A program made the translations under genes and the position numbers. DNA of 64,000 nt from a virus: positions 1 to 64,000 of IMG/VR virus record IMGVR_UViG_3300042922_000911; one strand, 5' to 3'. This document shows positions 18,748 through 29,244 of this stretch, in pieces (the first letter of the stretch is position 1; every line of letters begins with the position of its first letter). The notes below the pieces were generated by a model. The model worked only from the letters and a program-made list of their open reading frames with translations, was not told the DNA's origin and did no database searches.

Positions 18748-20883
18748 ATGGCAACCCGTGGTATCGTTTTCGAGGGCCGCAAGATCCTCATTCCCGGCGC
18801 GTATGGCTACGGCGAGCCGCTGAACCCCGTTGAGTTCAACGCGGTCGCCCTCAACGTCGTGTGCCTCGTCGGCACCTCCAAGGGCGGCGAGCCCCACAAG
18901 CCGACGTACTTCGGCATCGGCTCTCAGGATTCCGCGCACCGCATGTACCGTGGCGGCAACCTGCCGGTCGCGGCCCGCGCGGCCTGGAACCCCTCGCCCG
19001 ACGAGAAGTTCAAGGGCGCTGACGTGATCTGCTTCATGCGCGTCAACCGGGCGATCGCCGCCTCGCGCGTGCTGTCGAACGCCGATTCGGTCGAGGTGAT
19101 CAAGGTGATCGACCGCGATTGGGGCGAGCATGGCAACGGCACCCAAGTCGGCATCACCGCCGGCAAGTTCGACGCGAGCCTGCGCCGCGTCAAGATCAAG
19201 AAGACCACCGACGGCATCGACCTCACCAGCCCCGACCTGGGCAAGGTCTTCCGGCTGGCGTACAGCGGCAACGGCGGCGCGACGGCTCAGGTGCAGGATT
19301 ACACCGACACCCTGACGTTCCTCGACATTCGCTACAACGGCGACGCGACGGGCGTCACCGCGCGCGTGAAGCTGAAAGACGGCAGCACGACCGATAAGGA
19401 GCTGGTGATCGACGTGACCGGCGCGACGGATGGCGGCGTGGACACGACCTTCGATCTCGTTCATGCCAACTTCGACACGCTCGAGGAACTGGCGGCCGCG
19501 ATCGACGCGATCACCGGCTTCAACGCGACCGTGCTGCCCGGCGGCGTCGGTCAGGCGTCGAATCTGCTCAACCTCACCTCGGCTCAGGTCGTGCCCCTCG
19601 CCAACGCCTCGGCGCTCACCCTGTCGGCCGACATGGAGAGCGGTCGCGAGCTCGTCGTGACCGTCACCCCTGCCGGCGGCGCGGTCGAGCATGACGGCTC
19701 GGCCTCGTTCACGGTGCGCCTGGGCACCAAGGGCGTCGAAACCGTCGAGAAGCTGGCCGAGTACATCGACAGCCAATCGTACTTCAACGTGTCGGTCCTG
19801 GGCTCCAACGGCATGCCGTCGAGCCACCTCGACGACCTGGCCGCCACCACGATCACCAGCGAGGGCATCGAGCTTCGCGCCATCAACGGCGCGATCGTCG
19901 ATTACCTGAACCGTTTCGGCGCGATCGTGAAGGGCGAGCTGCTCGTGACCGGCGTCAACCCGGTTGCGGCTTCCGGCCTGGTCTCGCTCACGGGCGGTTC
20001 CGAAGGCCCCCCGCCGACCATTGCCGACTGGAAAGCCGCCTTCGCGCGCCTCATGAACGAGCATGTTTACTTCGTCGTGCCCTGCACCGACGACGAGCTG
20101 ATCATTCAGGCCGCGCTCGATCACGTCGTCACCGCGCGAGACATTAAGGTGAAGCGTCGCCGCCAGCTCTTCTGCGGCGCGGCCCTCGACGACGTGAATT
20201 TCTCTAACCCCCTGCTGACCACGATCGAAGGCCTCAAGAACCGCATCTTCGACATTAACTCGTCGGCTGCGTCGTGCTTCGCGCCCGGCGTGTACGTCGA
20301 GGTGGATGGCGAGGAAGTCTTGAAGTCGTCGTGGGTTCTCGCGGCCGCCGCGGCGGGCATGAAGGGCGGCGGCAAGCCCCAAATGTCGCTCACGTACAAG
20401 TATTTCCGCTTCCTGGGCCTGCAAGGCGACTTCGACCCGACGGCCGAAGAGGAAGTGATCACCGCTGGCGCGAGCTACATGGTCAAGGTTCCCAACAAGG
20501 GGTATCAGCTCCGCGTGTCGCAGACGACCAACCTGCGGACCGGCGTGCCGTTCTACTCCGAGCCGAGCATGATCCACGTCGCCGACACGATCCTGACCGA
20601 CCTCGAGCTGACCTTGGGCGATCGCTTCACCGGCGTTCCGCCCGAGAAGAACGTCAAGATCATCCTGAACCAGATCAAGTCGGATACCGAGTACGTCTTG
20701 AAGAAATACCAGGACGAAGGCGCGCTCGTCGGCAACGACGACGTTCCCGGCTACAAGGTGACGCGCGTCAGCTACCTCCCCAACGAGCGCCGCTACCACG
20801 TCGAGCTGCAAGCCGAGATCGGTGTGCCCGGCAACTACATCACCATCAAGGCCGGCTGGACGACTACCGCCGCGTCGGTCTAA
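18748..20883 (+). CDS. Tail sheath protein
   Basis: IxFxGRKILIPGAY, LVGTSKGGEP, LTGGSEG..WKAAF, SLTYK; 711 aa. Confidence 0.92.
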   Translation: MATRGIVFEGRKILIPGAYGYGEPLNPVEFNAVALNVVCLVGTSKGGEPHKPTYFGIGSQDSAHRMYRGGNLPVAARAAWNPSPDEKFKGADVICFMRVNRAIAASRVLSNADSVEVIKVIDRDWGEHGNGTQVGITAGKFDASLRRVKIKKTTDGIDLTSPDLGKVFRLAYSGNGGATAQVQDYTDTLTFLDIRYNGDATGVTARVKLKDGSTTDKELVIDVTGATDGGVDTTFDLVHANFDTLEELAAAIDAITGFNATVLPGGVGQASNLLNLTSAQVVPLANASALTLSADMESGRELVVTVTPAGGAVEHDGSASFTVRLGTKGVETVEKLAEYIDSQSYFNVSVLGSNGMPSSHLDDLAATTITSEGIELRAINGAIVDYLNRFGAIVKGELLVTGVNPVAASGLVSLTGGSEGPPPTIADWKAAFARLMNEHVYFVVPCTDDELIIQAALDHVVTARDIKVKRRRQLFCGAALDDVNFSNPLLTTIEGLKNRIFDINSSAASCFAPGVYVEVDGEEVLKSSWVLAAAAAGMKGGGKPQMSLTYKYFRFLGLQGDFDPTAEEEVITAGASYMVKVPNKGYQLRVSQTTNLRTGVPFYSEPSMIHVADTILTDLELTLGDRFTGVPPEKNVKIILNQIKSDTEYVLKKYQDEGALVGNDDVPGYKVTRVSYLPNERRYHVELQAEIGVPGNYITIKAGWTTTAASV

Positions 20884-20892
20884 CGACCGACC

Positions 20893-20924
20893 AGGCCGAG
20901 GCCCCTTTGCGGGGGCCTCGGCCC
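20893..20924 (+). terminator. GC-rich hairpin between sheath and tube genes
   Basis: GGCCGAGGCCCC-TTTGCG-GGGGCCTCGGCC; no U-tract. Confidence 0.5.
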
Positions 20925-20972
20925 CCCTGTGACCCATTACCCGCGTCACACGCGGCATAGGAGGATAACAAC

Positions 20973-21389
20973 ATGACCATGTTGGCCAACCAGAAGGTGC
21001 GTACCCACCTTCAAGCCAAGCTCATGATCAACGGTCAGGACGTGGGCACCGCGCGCATGCAGAGCATGGAAGCGGACCACGACTTCGGCACCGAGGAAGT
21101 GCGCGGCATCGGCGATTACCTGCAAGTCGAGGCCGATCACCTGCGGTTCTCGGGCCGCCTGTCGCTCGATGCGTTCATGCTGCGCGAAGTCACCCTGCGT
21201 GACCTCGGCATTGCCGCGCTCGGCAAGAAGGTCCTCGAGCTGGACACGATCGATCTCGTCGTCGTGGATGAAGCGGGCACCGAGATTCGCAAGTACGTCC
21301 AATGCTCGATCATCAACTACACCGAAACGATCCGAGCCGGGCAAATTTGCGGCGAGCGGGCTTCCTGCTACTTCCGCGACACCGTGTAA
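20973..21389 (+). CDS. Tail tube protein
   Basis: ANQKVRT..QSM..DFGTEEVRGIGD; follows the sheath gene. Confidence 0.85.
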   Translation: MTMLANQKVRTHLQAKLMINGQDVGTARMQSMEADHDFGTEEVRGIGDYLQVEADHLRFSGRLSLDAFMLREVTLRDLGIAALGKKVLELDTIDLVVVDEAGTEIRKYVQCSIINYTETIRAGQICGERASCYFRDTV

Positions 21390-21453
21390 GCACCGGGGGG
21401 CCGCCGGCCCCCCTTTTCCGTTTTCCCCCGCCTGAAACGAAGAGGACGCCGAA

Positions 21454-22092
21454 ATGACCAACCCGCGCATTGATTCGACCACGATGCTCGACGAGAACAA
21501 CAACGCCGCCGACCTGGGCGAGGTCATCAGCCTCGACCCTGAACCCGCCAAAGCTGCCCCGGCACCGTCGCCGGTTCAGAAGGCCCCGGCCCCTGCCGCC
21601 CGGCCCGAGCCTGCGCCCGAGCAGACCGGCCCCACCCCCGAGCAGGAGGCCGAGGCCGGCGAGCTCGTCGTGCAAGTCGGCCTCGGCATCGAGTACACCG
21701 ACACGTTCACGCTGCGCGACGCCCTCAAGAGCTACAACGGCACCAAGCGCGACATTCGCCACCCCGAAACGGGAGAGCTTTTGCTGTCGGCGAAGGCTCA
21801 GCACGCCGTCATGCCCGAAAGCTGGCTCAAGAAGCGCGAAGGCAAGTTCAAGCTGCGCCGGCCGTCGTTCCACGACCTGATGGCCATGCGCTGCCGCATT
21901 GCCGAGTTCACGCGCGGCCTCGACGTGGACCCCGACACGACCGAAATGCTGACCGGCATGAGCGTGTGCGAGCAACTGCTTGTGGACGCCCCGGCCTGGT
22001 TCGACGTGGCGAAGGAGAAGAACGGCGACGTGGTGCGGCTCATTCTTCACTGGCACCGCCAGTGGGGCGATACGTTTCGCGAGGAAGATTAA
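21454..22092 (+). CDS. Tail assembly chaperone
   Basis: GKFKLRRPS..DAPAWF..DTFR; between tube and tape measure genes. Confidence 0.75.
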   Translation: MTNPRIDSTTMLDENNNAADLGEVISLDPEPAKAAPAPSPVQKAPAPAARPEPAPEQTGPTPEQEAEAGELVVQVGLGIEYTDTFTLRDALKSYNGTKRDIRHPETGELLLSAKAQHAVMPESWLKKREGKFKLRRPSFHDLMAMRCRIAEFTRGLDVDPDTTEMLTGMSVCEQLLVDAPAWFDVAKEKNGDVVRLILHWHRQWGDTFREED

Positions 22093-22474
22093 CCGGCTGA
22101 TGCCGGTCATGGCCGGGCTCGAGGCGTCGAGCCTGTGGGGGCAATGGCGGCTCGCGTTCAACCGCTCGGTAGCCGACCCCCTCGCCCGCGCCGTGACACC
22201 GGAACAAGCCCTGCTCGACCTGGAAGTGATGGCGGCCGTGAGAACCGCCGTCGAGCCGCAGACCACCGCCGAGTGGATGGACGAGCAGGAAGCGAGATAC
22301 GCGGCCCTGGACCGCGAGCAAGCGGCCCGAATGGCGGCAGACCTCCCCGAGGGCCTGCCGAGCATCGAGGAAGGCAACACCGACCCCGAGGCGGCATTCA
22401 GGCGGCTCATGGCGCTGACGGGCCGCGATCGCCCGATGGACCCGACCATGGAACCCGTGAGCTTGGAGGGCTGA
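22076..22474 (+). CDS. Chaperone extension (probable +1 frameshift product; alternative ATG at 22100)
   Basis: +1-frame ORF overlapping the chaperone end at TTT-CGC and stopping just before the tape measure start. Confidence 0.6.
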   Translation, partial: FARKINRLMPVMAGLEASSLWGQWRLAFNRSVADPLARAVTPEQALLDLEVMAAVRTAVEPQTTAEWMDEQEARYAALDREQAARMAADLPEGLPSIEEGNTDPEAAFRRLMALTGRDRPMDPTMEPVSLEG

Positions 22475-22475
22475 C

Positions 22476-25400
22476 ATGAACGAGAAGCTGGCGTTTGAAG
22501 CCGAGATCGACACCAAGCGCGCCATCGGGCAGCTCGGCTTGATCGAGGCCAAAGTGCGCGAGATCGCGAAGACGACGGCCCCCGCTCACGGCGGGGGCAT
22601 CGAGCCGATCGACAGCGTGAGCTTCAAGCGCAGCATGGGCGAGGTCACGACCGGCCTCGGCAAGCTCAAGACCGTTCAGAAGGACTTTCAAGCCGACCTC
22701 AAGCGGGGCATGGATGCCCTCGCCGACAGCCAATCGGCGAAGCTCCGCACCATGGTCACGAACCAGACGCAGGCGTTCAGGCAGCTCAACCAGGAGATCG
22801 CCCGCGCGCAAGCCAACGTCAACGCCCTCGCCCTCGCGCAGGGCGCGGCCTCGCGCGTGCCGTCCGTTACACAGGGCGGGGCGCTCATTCCTGTTACACA
22901 GGGAAGCCGCGCCGTGGTGCCATACGGTGCCGGCGGGGCGCTGATGGGGCAGACCCGCGCGCTCGCGCCGGGGCGCAACGAGGTTATTCACCGCTGGGCG
23001 CACGGCCACCACCCCAACGAGCGGCGGGGCGGCAGCGTCAGCCTGCTCGATTCCATGATGGGCGTCGGCGTGGGCGGGGCTTCCATGGGCGGCGGCGGGT
23101 CCGGCGGCGGGCTGCTCGGCGGCGGGGCCTCGGCGCTCGCGGCTGGCGGCATCGGGGCTGCGATCGCCACGGCCGGGCGCAGCCTCATGGGCGCGCTCGC
23201 GAAGAGCGTGGGGCTCGCCGCGGCGGGCCTGCGTTTCCTCGGCCCCGTGGGCGTCGGCACGGCCCTCGCGCTCGGGTCGGTGCCCGCGCTCAACGACCGG
23301 GCGAATCGGAACGTCGCGCCCGGCACCGACACCGGAAACGAGCTCGTCGATCGCACCATGCGAAACCTCGAGCTGCAATACCGCGACATGAAGCGCGAGG
23401 TCGAGGGCAAGAAAGACGACGGCAAGAACACCGCTCAACGCATCCTCGACACGATCGGCGGGTTCTTCTTCGGCTACGCGGCCGAGGGCAAGACCCTCGA
23501 CAACGGCCCGAGCCAGCCCGGCGCTCGCGACACCCTGCCCGGCGGCGGCGGCGGCGTCCCGCCGAAGGGGCCGTCGATCGGGCCGGATGGCTTGCTGACG
23601 CCCCCGCCCGGCCGCTGGACGGGTGCGCCCTCGATCGAGAGCCTGACGCGCGAGTACGCGGCCGAGCAGGCGAAGGCGGTTGCCGGCGAGAAGGACGAGG
23701 CCACCGGCGACGCCAAGGGCGGCATCTGGGAGAACCTGAAAGACTGGTTCACCAACAACAAGGCCGTCGCCGGCCTGGGCGCGGGCGTCGTCGGCGCGGG
23801 TGCCGCCATGGCGCTGATGGGCGGGCCGAAGATGGCGGCCATGCGCGGGCTTATGGGCCGCGTGGGCGGCCTCGGGTCGCTGCTCGGCGGCGGCGGCATG
23901 ATGTACTATGCGAACCGCGCGGTCGCATCCGTTGCCGAGCAGGGCGTGCAGGAAGCCGACATGGGCACGCGCCTCGCTGGCGACCAGGACACCGAGGGGC
24001 TTTTCGACAAGATCCACCGGCGGGCGAAGTTCCTGCAATTCACTCAGCTCGAGGCCAATTCGGCCGCTGACGCCTTGGGCGGTCAGATGGGGTCGAAGGA
24101 CCTCGTTTTCGACACCGAAAGCTCGCTCAAGTTCTCGCGCGCGCTCGGCCTGTCGGCTGAACACGGCGCGAGCATGTTGGGCGGCGCGGGCCGCGCGGGC
24201 GTCATGCAGCAGGGCGGGGTCATGAGCTTCACCCGCCAGCTCGCGGCCGGATTCGACCAGTCGAAGATGGTCGGCCGTCAAACGGAAGTCACCGAGGGCA
24301 TGATCGACGTGCTGACCGACATGGCCGGGCGCGTCGGCGCGCTCGGCGAGGGCGAGCGGTCGAGCGCGATCGCCATGCTGACGCACCTCAACAAGTCGGG
24401 CAATCCGATGTTCCAGGGCGCGGCCGGGGCGCAGCTCGTCAAGGGCATGGGACACGCCTTCCAGCCGGGCGCTGGCGGGAACGTCGTGGCCGATGCCAAC
24501 TTCGCCATGGCCATCCAGTCGGCGGCCGTGAAGTCGGGTAAGCCGCTCTCGTTCGTTGACCTGAACATCAGGCGCGAGGAAGGCGCGAGTACGCGCAACC
24601 TGCAAGCCCTCGGCGAACACATGAACAGCCGCATGAAGGGCGATTCCAAGCAGATGCAGGACGCCCGAATCGCGTACCTGCACGATCAGATGGGCGGATC
24701 GCTCAACTACACGCAGGCGCGCGACCTGTTGAAGATCACCAAGAACCTGACCGACTTCGGCGACCAGAAGGCCATTAACGAGATCGTCGGCGAAGACGTG
24801 CTGAACAAGCAAGTGGACAAGAACATGGACCACAAGAACGCCCGGCTCGCCCGTCAGACGGCCGTCATGGCCGACGACTTGCGCCGCTCGGTCGGCGAGG
24901 CCCTGTTGCCGACGTTCAAGCTGATTCAGACGGCCACGACGACCCTCGGCAAAGACTTGATGGATCACGCCAAGCCGGCGATCGGCGAGTTCAACGGCGC
25001 GATCCTCGAGCTGATTCCGACCGTCAAGGAAGCGGTCGGGGCGATCGCCGACGGCGTGGCGACCCTCGGCGGCAAGGTCGCCGAGGCCGTGGTGCCCTCG
25101 GCGCACGCGGCCGGCGCGCTGCCGGGCGTGGGCCGGCTGCTCTCGGGCGGCGGCAACGGCAAGTTCAACATGGCCGTCGGGCACCAGTCCGTCACCGGGC
25201 ATCAAGACGCGCTCAGGCGCATGGCCGCATCCGGCATCGACATGGCCGAGCTGGAAAAGGTGTCGGCCGAAACGGGCGTGCCCGTCGATCTGCTCTTGGG
25301 CGTCGCCAACCAGGAGAGCCGGGGCGACGCGACGCGCATCGGCCCGAAGGCCTGGGATTCGGGCTACAACCGCTGGGACCGCGCGCGCGGGCTGATGCAG

Positions 25401-26552
25401 CTCATGCCCTCGACGGCCGCCGGGCTCGGCCTGGACGAAGCCAACATCATGGACCCGAAGAAGAACCTGCGCGCGGGCGCGAAGCACCTCGGCTACCTGC
25501 TCAAGAAGCACAAGGGGAACGTGCGCCTCGCCCTCGCCGAGTACAACGGCGGCGGCGCGGCGGTGGCCATGAGTACCGACCCCGGCCATGAGCATCAGCG
25601 CGTTTTCGAGAACCCCAACAACCACGACCCCAAGAAGCCCAACAGCTACTTGCAGACCTACAACTATGCCAACGAGATTGAAGGCGGCCTCGACGAGGGG
25701 CGCGTCGCGCTCGAGGGGCCAGCGTCTTCGTCCCTGCGGGGCACCGGCCGGTATCAGCCGGCACCGGCGGGCGTCGCCCCCGGCGAGGGCCTGGGCGGCA
25801 TCAAGTCGCTTGATGCGTGGGAAAAGAGCGTGCTGGCGCGTAAGGGCACGAATCCGAAGCTGCGCGCGGCGATCATGGCGCTCATTCGCAAGGCCGAGGC
25901 CGACGGCATCCGGCTCGATCTCAGCTCGACGCACCGCGACTATGCGACGCAAAAGGCGCTTTATGAAGACGCCGTGCGCCGGCACGGGCCGAATCAGCGC
26001 ATGGTCGCGAAGCCCGGCCACAGCCACCACAACCACGGTGTCGCGGTGGACTTCAACCAGGCGCAGCCGCTCGACCCGAAGACCTATGCATGGATGCAGC
26101 GGCACGCCCCCGAGGTCGGCTTGTTCCAGCCCATGAGCTGGGAGAGCTGGCATTGGGAATTGGCCGAAGACCCCGCAAGCCGTGGCTCGGGCGACTTGCC
26201 GCACCCGCTCGCCGGCAAGCCCGCTGCGGCGCGCACGGCCGCCAAGCCCCCGGCGAAGCCTGCCGCCAAGCCCAACGGTAGGTCGGCGACGAAGCCCGCA
26301 GCGGCCCCGCTCGCCCCGGCCTACAAGCCGCCGGCACAGCTCGCGCCGCCGGGCAGCGGCCTCGACGGGGCGATTCAGAATTTCTTGCGTCAGGGCGCGG
26401 CCCCGGCCTCGGCCCCGGCGCAGATTTCACAGGTCTTCTACGTGAACGGCAACAACCCCGATCTTGACGGCATGCGCCGGGCCGCGCATCAGGGGGCCAT
26501 GGATGGCCTCGCCGCGGCCGAGGCTTCCAAGCGCGCCATGTGGAGCAGCTAA
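22476..26552 (+). CDS. Tape measure protein with lytic transglycosylase (SLT) and M15/VanY-type peptidase domains
   Basis: QES..GLMQLMP..NLRAGAKHL..ALAEYNGG; SxHRDYATQ..PGHSHHNHGVAVD..ESWHWE. Confidence 0.9.
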   Translation: MNEKLAFEAEIDTKRAIGQLGLIEAKVREIAKTTAPAHGGGIEPIDSVSFKRSMGEVTTGLGKLKTVQKDFQADLKRGMDALADSQSAKLRTMVTNQTQAFRQLNQEIARAQANVNALALAQGAASRVPSVTQGGALIPVTQGSRAVVPYGAGGALMGQTRALAPGRNEVIHRWAHGHHPNERRGGSVSLLDSMMGVGVGGASMGGGGSGGGLLGGGASALAAGGIGAAIATAGRSLMGALAKSVGLAAAGLRFLGPVGVGTALALGSVPALNDRANRNVAPGTDTGNELVDRTMRNLELQYRDMKREVEGKKDDGKNTAQRILDTIGGFFFGYAAEGKTLDNGPSQPGARDTLPGGGGGVPPKGPSIGPDGLLTPPPGRWTGAPSIESLTREYAAEQAKAVAGEKDEATGDAKGGIWENLKDWFTNNKAVAGLGAGVVGAGAAMALMGGPKMAAMRGLMGRVGGLGSLLGGGGMMYYANRAVASVAEQGVQEADMGTRLAGDQDTEGLFDKIHRRAKFLQFTQLEANSAADALGGQMGSKDLVFDTESSLKFSRALGLSAEHGASMLGGAGRAGVMQQGGVMSFTRQLAAGFDQSKMVGRQTEVTEGMIDVLTDMAGRVGALGEGERSSAIAMLTHLNKSGNPMFQGAAGAQLVKGMGHAFQPGAGGNVVADANFAMAIQSAAVKSGKPLSFVDLNIRREEGASTRNLQALGEHMNSRMKGDSKQMQDARIAYLHDQMGGSLNYTQARDLLKITKNLTDFGDQKAINEIVGEDVLNKQVDKNMDHKNARLARQTAVMADDLRRSVGEALLPTFKLIQTATTTLGKDLMDHAKPAIGEFNGAILELIPTVKEAVGAIADGVATLGGKVAEAVVPSAHAAGALPGVGRLLSGGGNGKFNMAVGHQSVTGHQDALRRMAASGIDMAELEKVSAETGVPVDLLLGVANQESRGDATRIGPKAWDSGYNRWDRARGLMQLMPSTAAGLGLDEANIMDPKKNLRAGAKHLGYLLKKHKGNVRLALAEYNGGGAAVAMSTDPGHEHQRVFENPNNHDPKKPNSYLQTYNYANEIEGGLDEGRVALEGPASSSLRGTGRYQPAPAGVAPGEGLGGIKSLDAWEKSVLARKGTNPKLRAAIMALIRKAEADGIRLDLSSTHRDYATQKALYEDAVRRHGPNQRMVAKPGHSHHNHGVAVDFNQAQPLDPKTYAWMQRHAPEVGLFQPMSWESWHWELAEDPASRGSGDLPHPLAGKPAAARTAAKPPAKPAAKPNGRSATKPAAAPLAPAYKPPAQLAPPGSGLDGAIQNFLRQGAAPASAPAQISQVFYVNGNNPDLDGMRRAAHQGAMDGLAAAEASKRAMWSS

Positions 26553-26577
26553 GCGTTACACAGGAAGGTTACACAGG

Positions 26578-28107
26578 ATGCCCGCAACGACCCGAATCAA
26601 GCTCGAAAACCGCTTCGGCGGCTCGACGGCCTGCAAGATCACGTTCCTCAGTGAGGAAGGGCTGTACACGATCAACCAAGAGCTGCTTGGCTCGACGTGG
26701 CGCGGCCCTTACGACGAGCATCTGATCGACGTGACGACGAACAAGGACCTGTCGAACCCCTGCGGCTCGTTCAGCATGAACCTTCACGACCGGCCGATCC
26801 CCTCGGGGCCGCTCAAGGGGCGTCGGCTTCAAGACGTGTTGAGGCCCCACGACCTCGTAATCATCAGCTTTCGGCGCGGCCCGGTCTTTCGGGGCCAGAT
26901 GATCGGCCTGGTCGGCGCGAAGCCCCTGGTCGTCGAGGACCTGGACCAGAACGGCGCGCGCATCCGTACCGTGAACGTGAGCGGCTTCGACTTCGGAAAG
27001 TTCCTGCTCACGGCTCAGAGCTTCTATTTCAAGGACATGCCCGAAGCCGATCCGGTCGTGGCGCACTTGCGCGGGCAGCTCCCTTTCTTCCAGGAGGACG
27101 GCCCCTTCGCTGCCTACGGCGGCATGGTGCCGCGCCACAAGCTATTCAGCTTCATGCTCGAGCAATGGTTGTTCAAGCTCTCAGGCCTCAACTGGCGGGG
27201 CGGGCAGATGGGCGAGCTGCAATTTCCCCTGCGGAACATGCTGAACCAGACCATGGGCGCGACGTTCGGGGAGATTCCCTTCACCGATCACACGATCGAC
27301 GACGAAATGAGCCTTTACAGCTTCATGAGCAACGTCGCCGAGAAGCCCTGGTGCGAGTTCTTCGTCGATACGTGGCCGATCGACGCCGAGTTCCAATCGG
27401 CCATGGTGCCTGACCCGATGTTGCTCGAGGGGCGCTTGTCGCCCTTCCCCGACCCCGCAATCAACGTCATGCCGCATTTCGTGCTGCGCGAGACACCCTT
27501 CGACAAGGAGAAGTGGAATCAGCTCCCCGTCTTTGAGATCGACAACGAGGTGATCCACCGGGCCGAAACCTCGGGCGAGGGCGACGTGTACAGCATCTAC
27601 TACGCGCGGCCGCCAGCCTACGCGGGGTCTAACACCAGCAACCACGTCGCGGGTCAGGGCATCCCGGCGTTCGACATGGTGGCGCTCGAGCGGTACGGCT
27701 ACCGGCCCTTGATGGTCGAGTGCCGCGGCATCCCCAACGTGCGCGAGGACGACGGCGAAAACCAGTTCACGCCGATGCAGCAGCAAGCCCGCGACTTCAC
27801 GAACCGGCTGGCGCGCTGGTTCTACATGAGCCCCGAGTTCCTGTCGGGCAGCTTCACGTTGCAGGGGAACCCTCAATACAACGTGGGCACGCGGCTTCGC
27901 CGGTTCCTGCCGACTTTTGAACACGGCGACGCCTGGGAGTTCTACATCGAGGGGCTGACCAACACGTTCGCGACCTACGGGCAGTACCGGACGACCCTGC
28001 GCGTGACGCGCGGCCTGCGGCCCGACCAGGACCGCTTTGCCGAGCCGTCGCACCTCGTCAACATTTCCGACTTCAACCTGACGCCGCCGTATTGGGGGAG
28101 GCACTAG
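26578..28107 (+). CDS. Baseplate hub protein
   Basis: Follows the tape measure gene; C-terminal SGSFTLQGNP..VGTRL..FYIEGL..TTLRVTRG. Confidence 0.75.
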   Translation: MPATTRIKLENRFGGSTACKITFLSEEGLYTINQELLGSTWRGPYDEHLIDVTTNKDLSNPCGSFSMNLHDRPIPSGPLKGRRLQDVLRPHDLVIISFRRGPVFRGQMIGLVGAKPLVVEDLDQNGARIRTVNVSGFDFGKFLLTAQSFYFKDMPEADPVVAHLRGQLPFFQEDGPFAAYGGMVPRHKLFSFMLEQWLFKLSGLNWRGGQMGELQFPLRNMLNQTMGATFGEIPFTDHTIDDEMSLYSFMSNVAEKPWCEFFVDTWPIDAEFQSAMVPDPMLLEGRLSPFPDPAINVMPHFVLRETPFDKEKWNQLPVFEIDNEVIHRAETSGEGDVYSIYYARPPAYAGSNTSNHVAGQGIPAFDMVALERYGYRPLMVECRGIPNVREDDGENQFTPMQQQARDFTNRLARWFYMSPEFLSGSFTLQGNPQYNVGTRLRRFLPTFEHGDAWEFYIEGLTNTFATYGQYRTTLRVTRGLRPDQDRFAEPSHLVNISDFNLTPPYWGRH

Positions 28108-28133
28108 CCCATGACCGCCGAGGTATCACGCTC

Positions 28134-29123
28134 ATGACCTTTCAGCAGTTCCCGAAGTCGCACCAGAACGCCATTCCCGACAAGAAGCCCCACGGCCCCG
28201 ACTACGGGCATAGCGTGCCGGGCTTCAAGACGGCGCGCGTGACATGGGTGCATGAGGAAGAAGGCACCGTTGACCTGTTCTTCGACGACGGAACCGTGCT
28301 GACCCACGTCAAATGCGACATGGGCGAATCCGGCCCCGATCGCGACGGCTGGGACTTGCCCGTGAAGCGGTCTATTGTGCGCGTGCAGTTCGCCAACGGC
28401 CAGCGCACGCACCCGCTCGTCGTCGGCTACCACCGCCGGCAGAACCGCATCAAGAAGCGCCCGCCGAAAAAGGCCAAGCGGCGCGTGTTCCAGAACGGCG
28501 GCCACGTCATGATGCACCACCACGGCGACGTGGAGATTCGGTTTGCCGACGGCACGCAAATCGTCATGAGCCGCACGCAGGAGCCGCCACCCGACACGAC
28601 CGAGAAGGACGACGCCCGCGACGACGACCCGGTGCCCGAGCTCATTCAGGGCAAGGCCCACGAAGATCACACGCAGCAGAAGAAGGAGAACCCCGACGGC
28701 CACCCCATGAAGGCCTGGGAGCGCGGCGAGGTGCCCGACGTGGACCGGCCCAACAAGCCCGCGAAGCCCTTTCAGTACAACATTCGCATGGCCGACGGCA
28801 CGCACTTCCGGTTCAAAGACGGCACCTGGACCGTCAAATGCCCGCACAATATGGCTTTCGAGGCCGAAGACGTGGACTTCAACTGCAAGACCTTCCAGGT
28901 CAGGGCCACCGACAAGATCGAGCTGTACACCGGCCCCTTTGGCGTCTTCGCGACCGGCGTCCACATCACGCCCGGCAACGTCATCGTTCCTGCGACCATG
29001 TTCGCCTGGCAGAACAGCCCGGTCAGCATGATCCCCTTCGTGCCCGGCCCCTTCAACCTGCCGACACCCGTGCCCAACATCGACCCGCTCAACCTCGCGA
29101 CGGCCCCCACCATCGAGCCTTAG
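28134..29123 (+). CDS. Baseplate central spike (gpV-like)
   Basis: OB-fold-like N-terminus (ARVTWV..GTVDL..LPVKRSIVRVQF..P) and beta-repeat C-terminus. Confidence 0.7.
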   Translation: MTFQQFPKSHQNAIPDKKPHGPDYGHSVPGFKTARVTWVHEEEGTVDLFFDDGTVLTHVKCDMGESGPDRDGWDLPVKRSIVRVQFANGQRTHPLVVGYHRRQNRIKKRPPKKAKRRVFQNGGHVMMHHHGDVEIRFADGTQIVMSRTQEPPPDTTEKDDARDDDPVPELIQGKAHEDHTQQKKENPDGHPMKAWERGEVPDVDRPNKPAKPFQYNIRMADGTHFRFKDGTWTVKCPHNMAFEAEDVDFNCKTFQVRATDKIELYTGPFGVFATGVHITPGNVIVPATMFAWQNSPVSMIPFVPGPFNLPTPVPNIDPLNLATAPTIEP

Positions 29124-29130
29124 CCGAGCG

Positions 29131-29171
29131 TGGCAGAAACCGGGGGGCGGAACCGCGCCCGGTGCTAGGAT
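29131..29171 (+). promoter_or_regulatory. Putative activator-dependent promoter
   Basis: TGGCAGAAA at 29131; TG-C-TAGGAT with hexamer at 29166. Confidence 0.65.
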
Positions 29172-29244
29172 TGACCTATTCCCGCGCCTGGCGTGGGTTC
29201 AGGTCATTTCGTTACACAGGACGCCGTTACACAGGAGGCGACCC

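Noticed and set aside
26555-29240. TTACACAGG as merely a Shine-Dalgarno or CsrA (CAGGAnG) RNA site
   Set aside because: It overlaps SDs at some plus-strand genes, but lies on the non-coding strand in the left arm and inside CDSs, so it cannot be the general explanation
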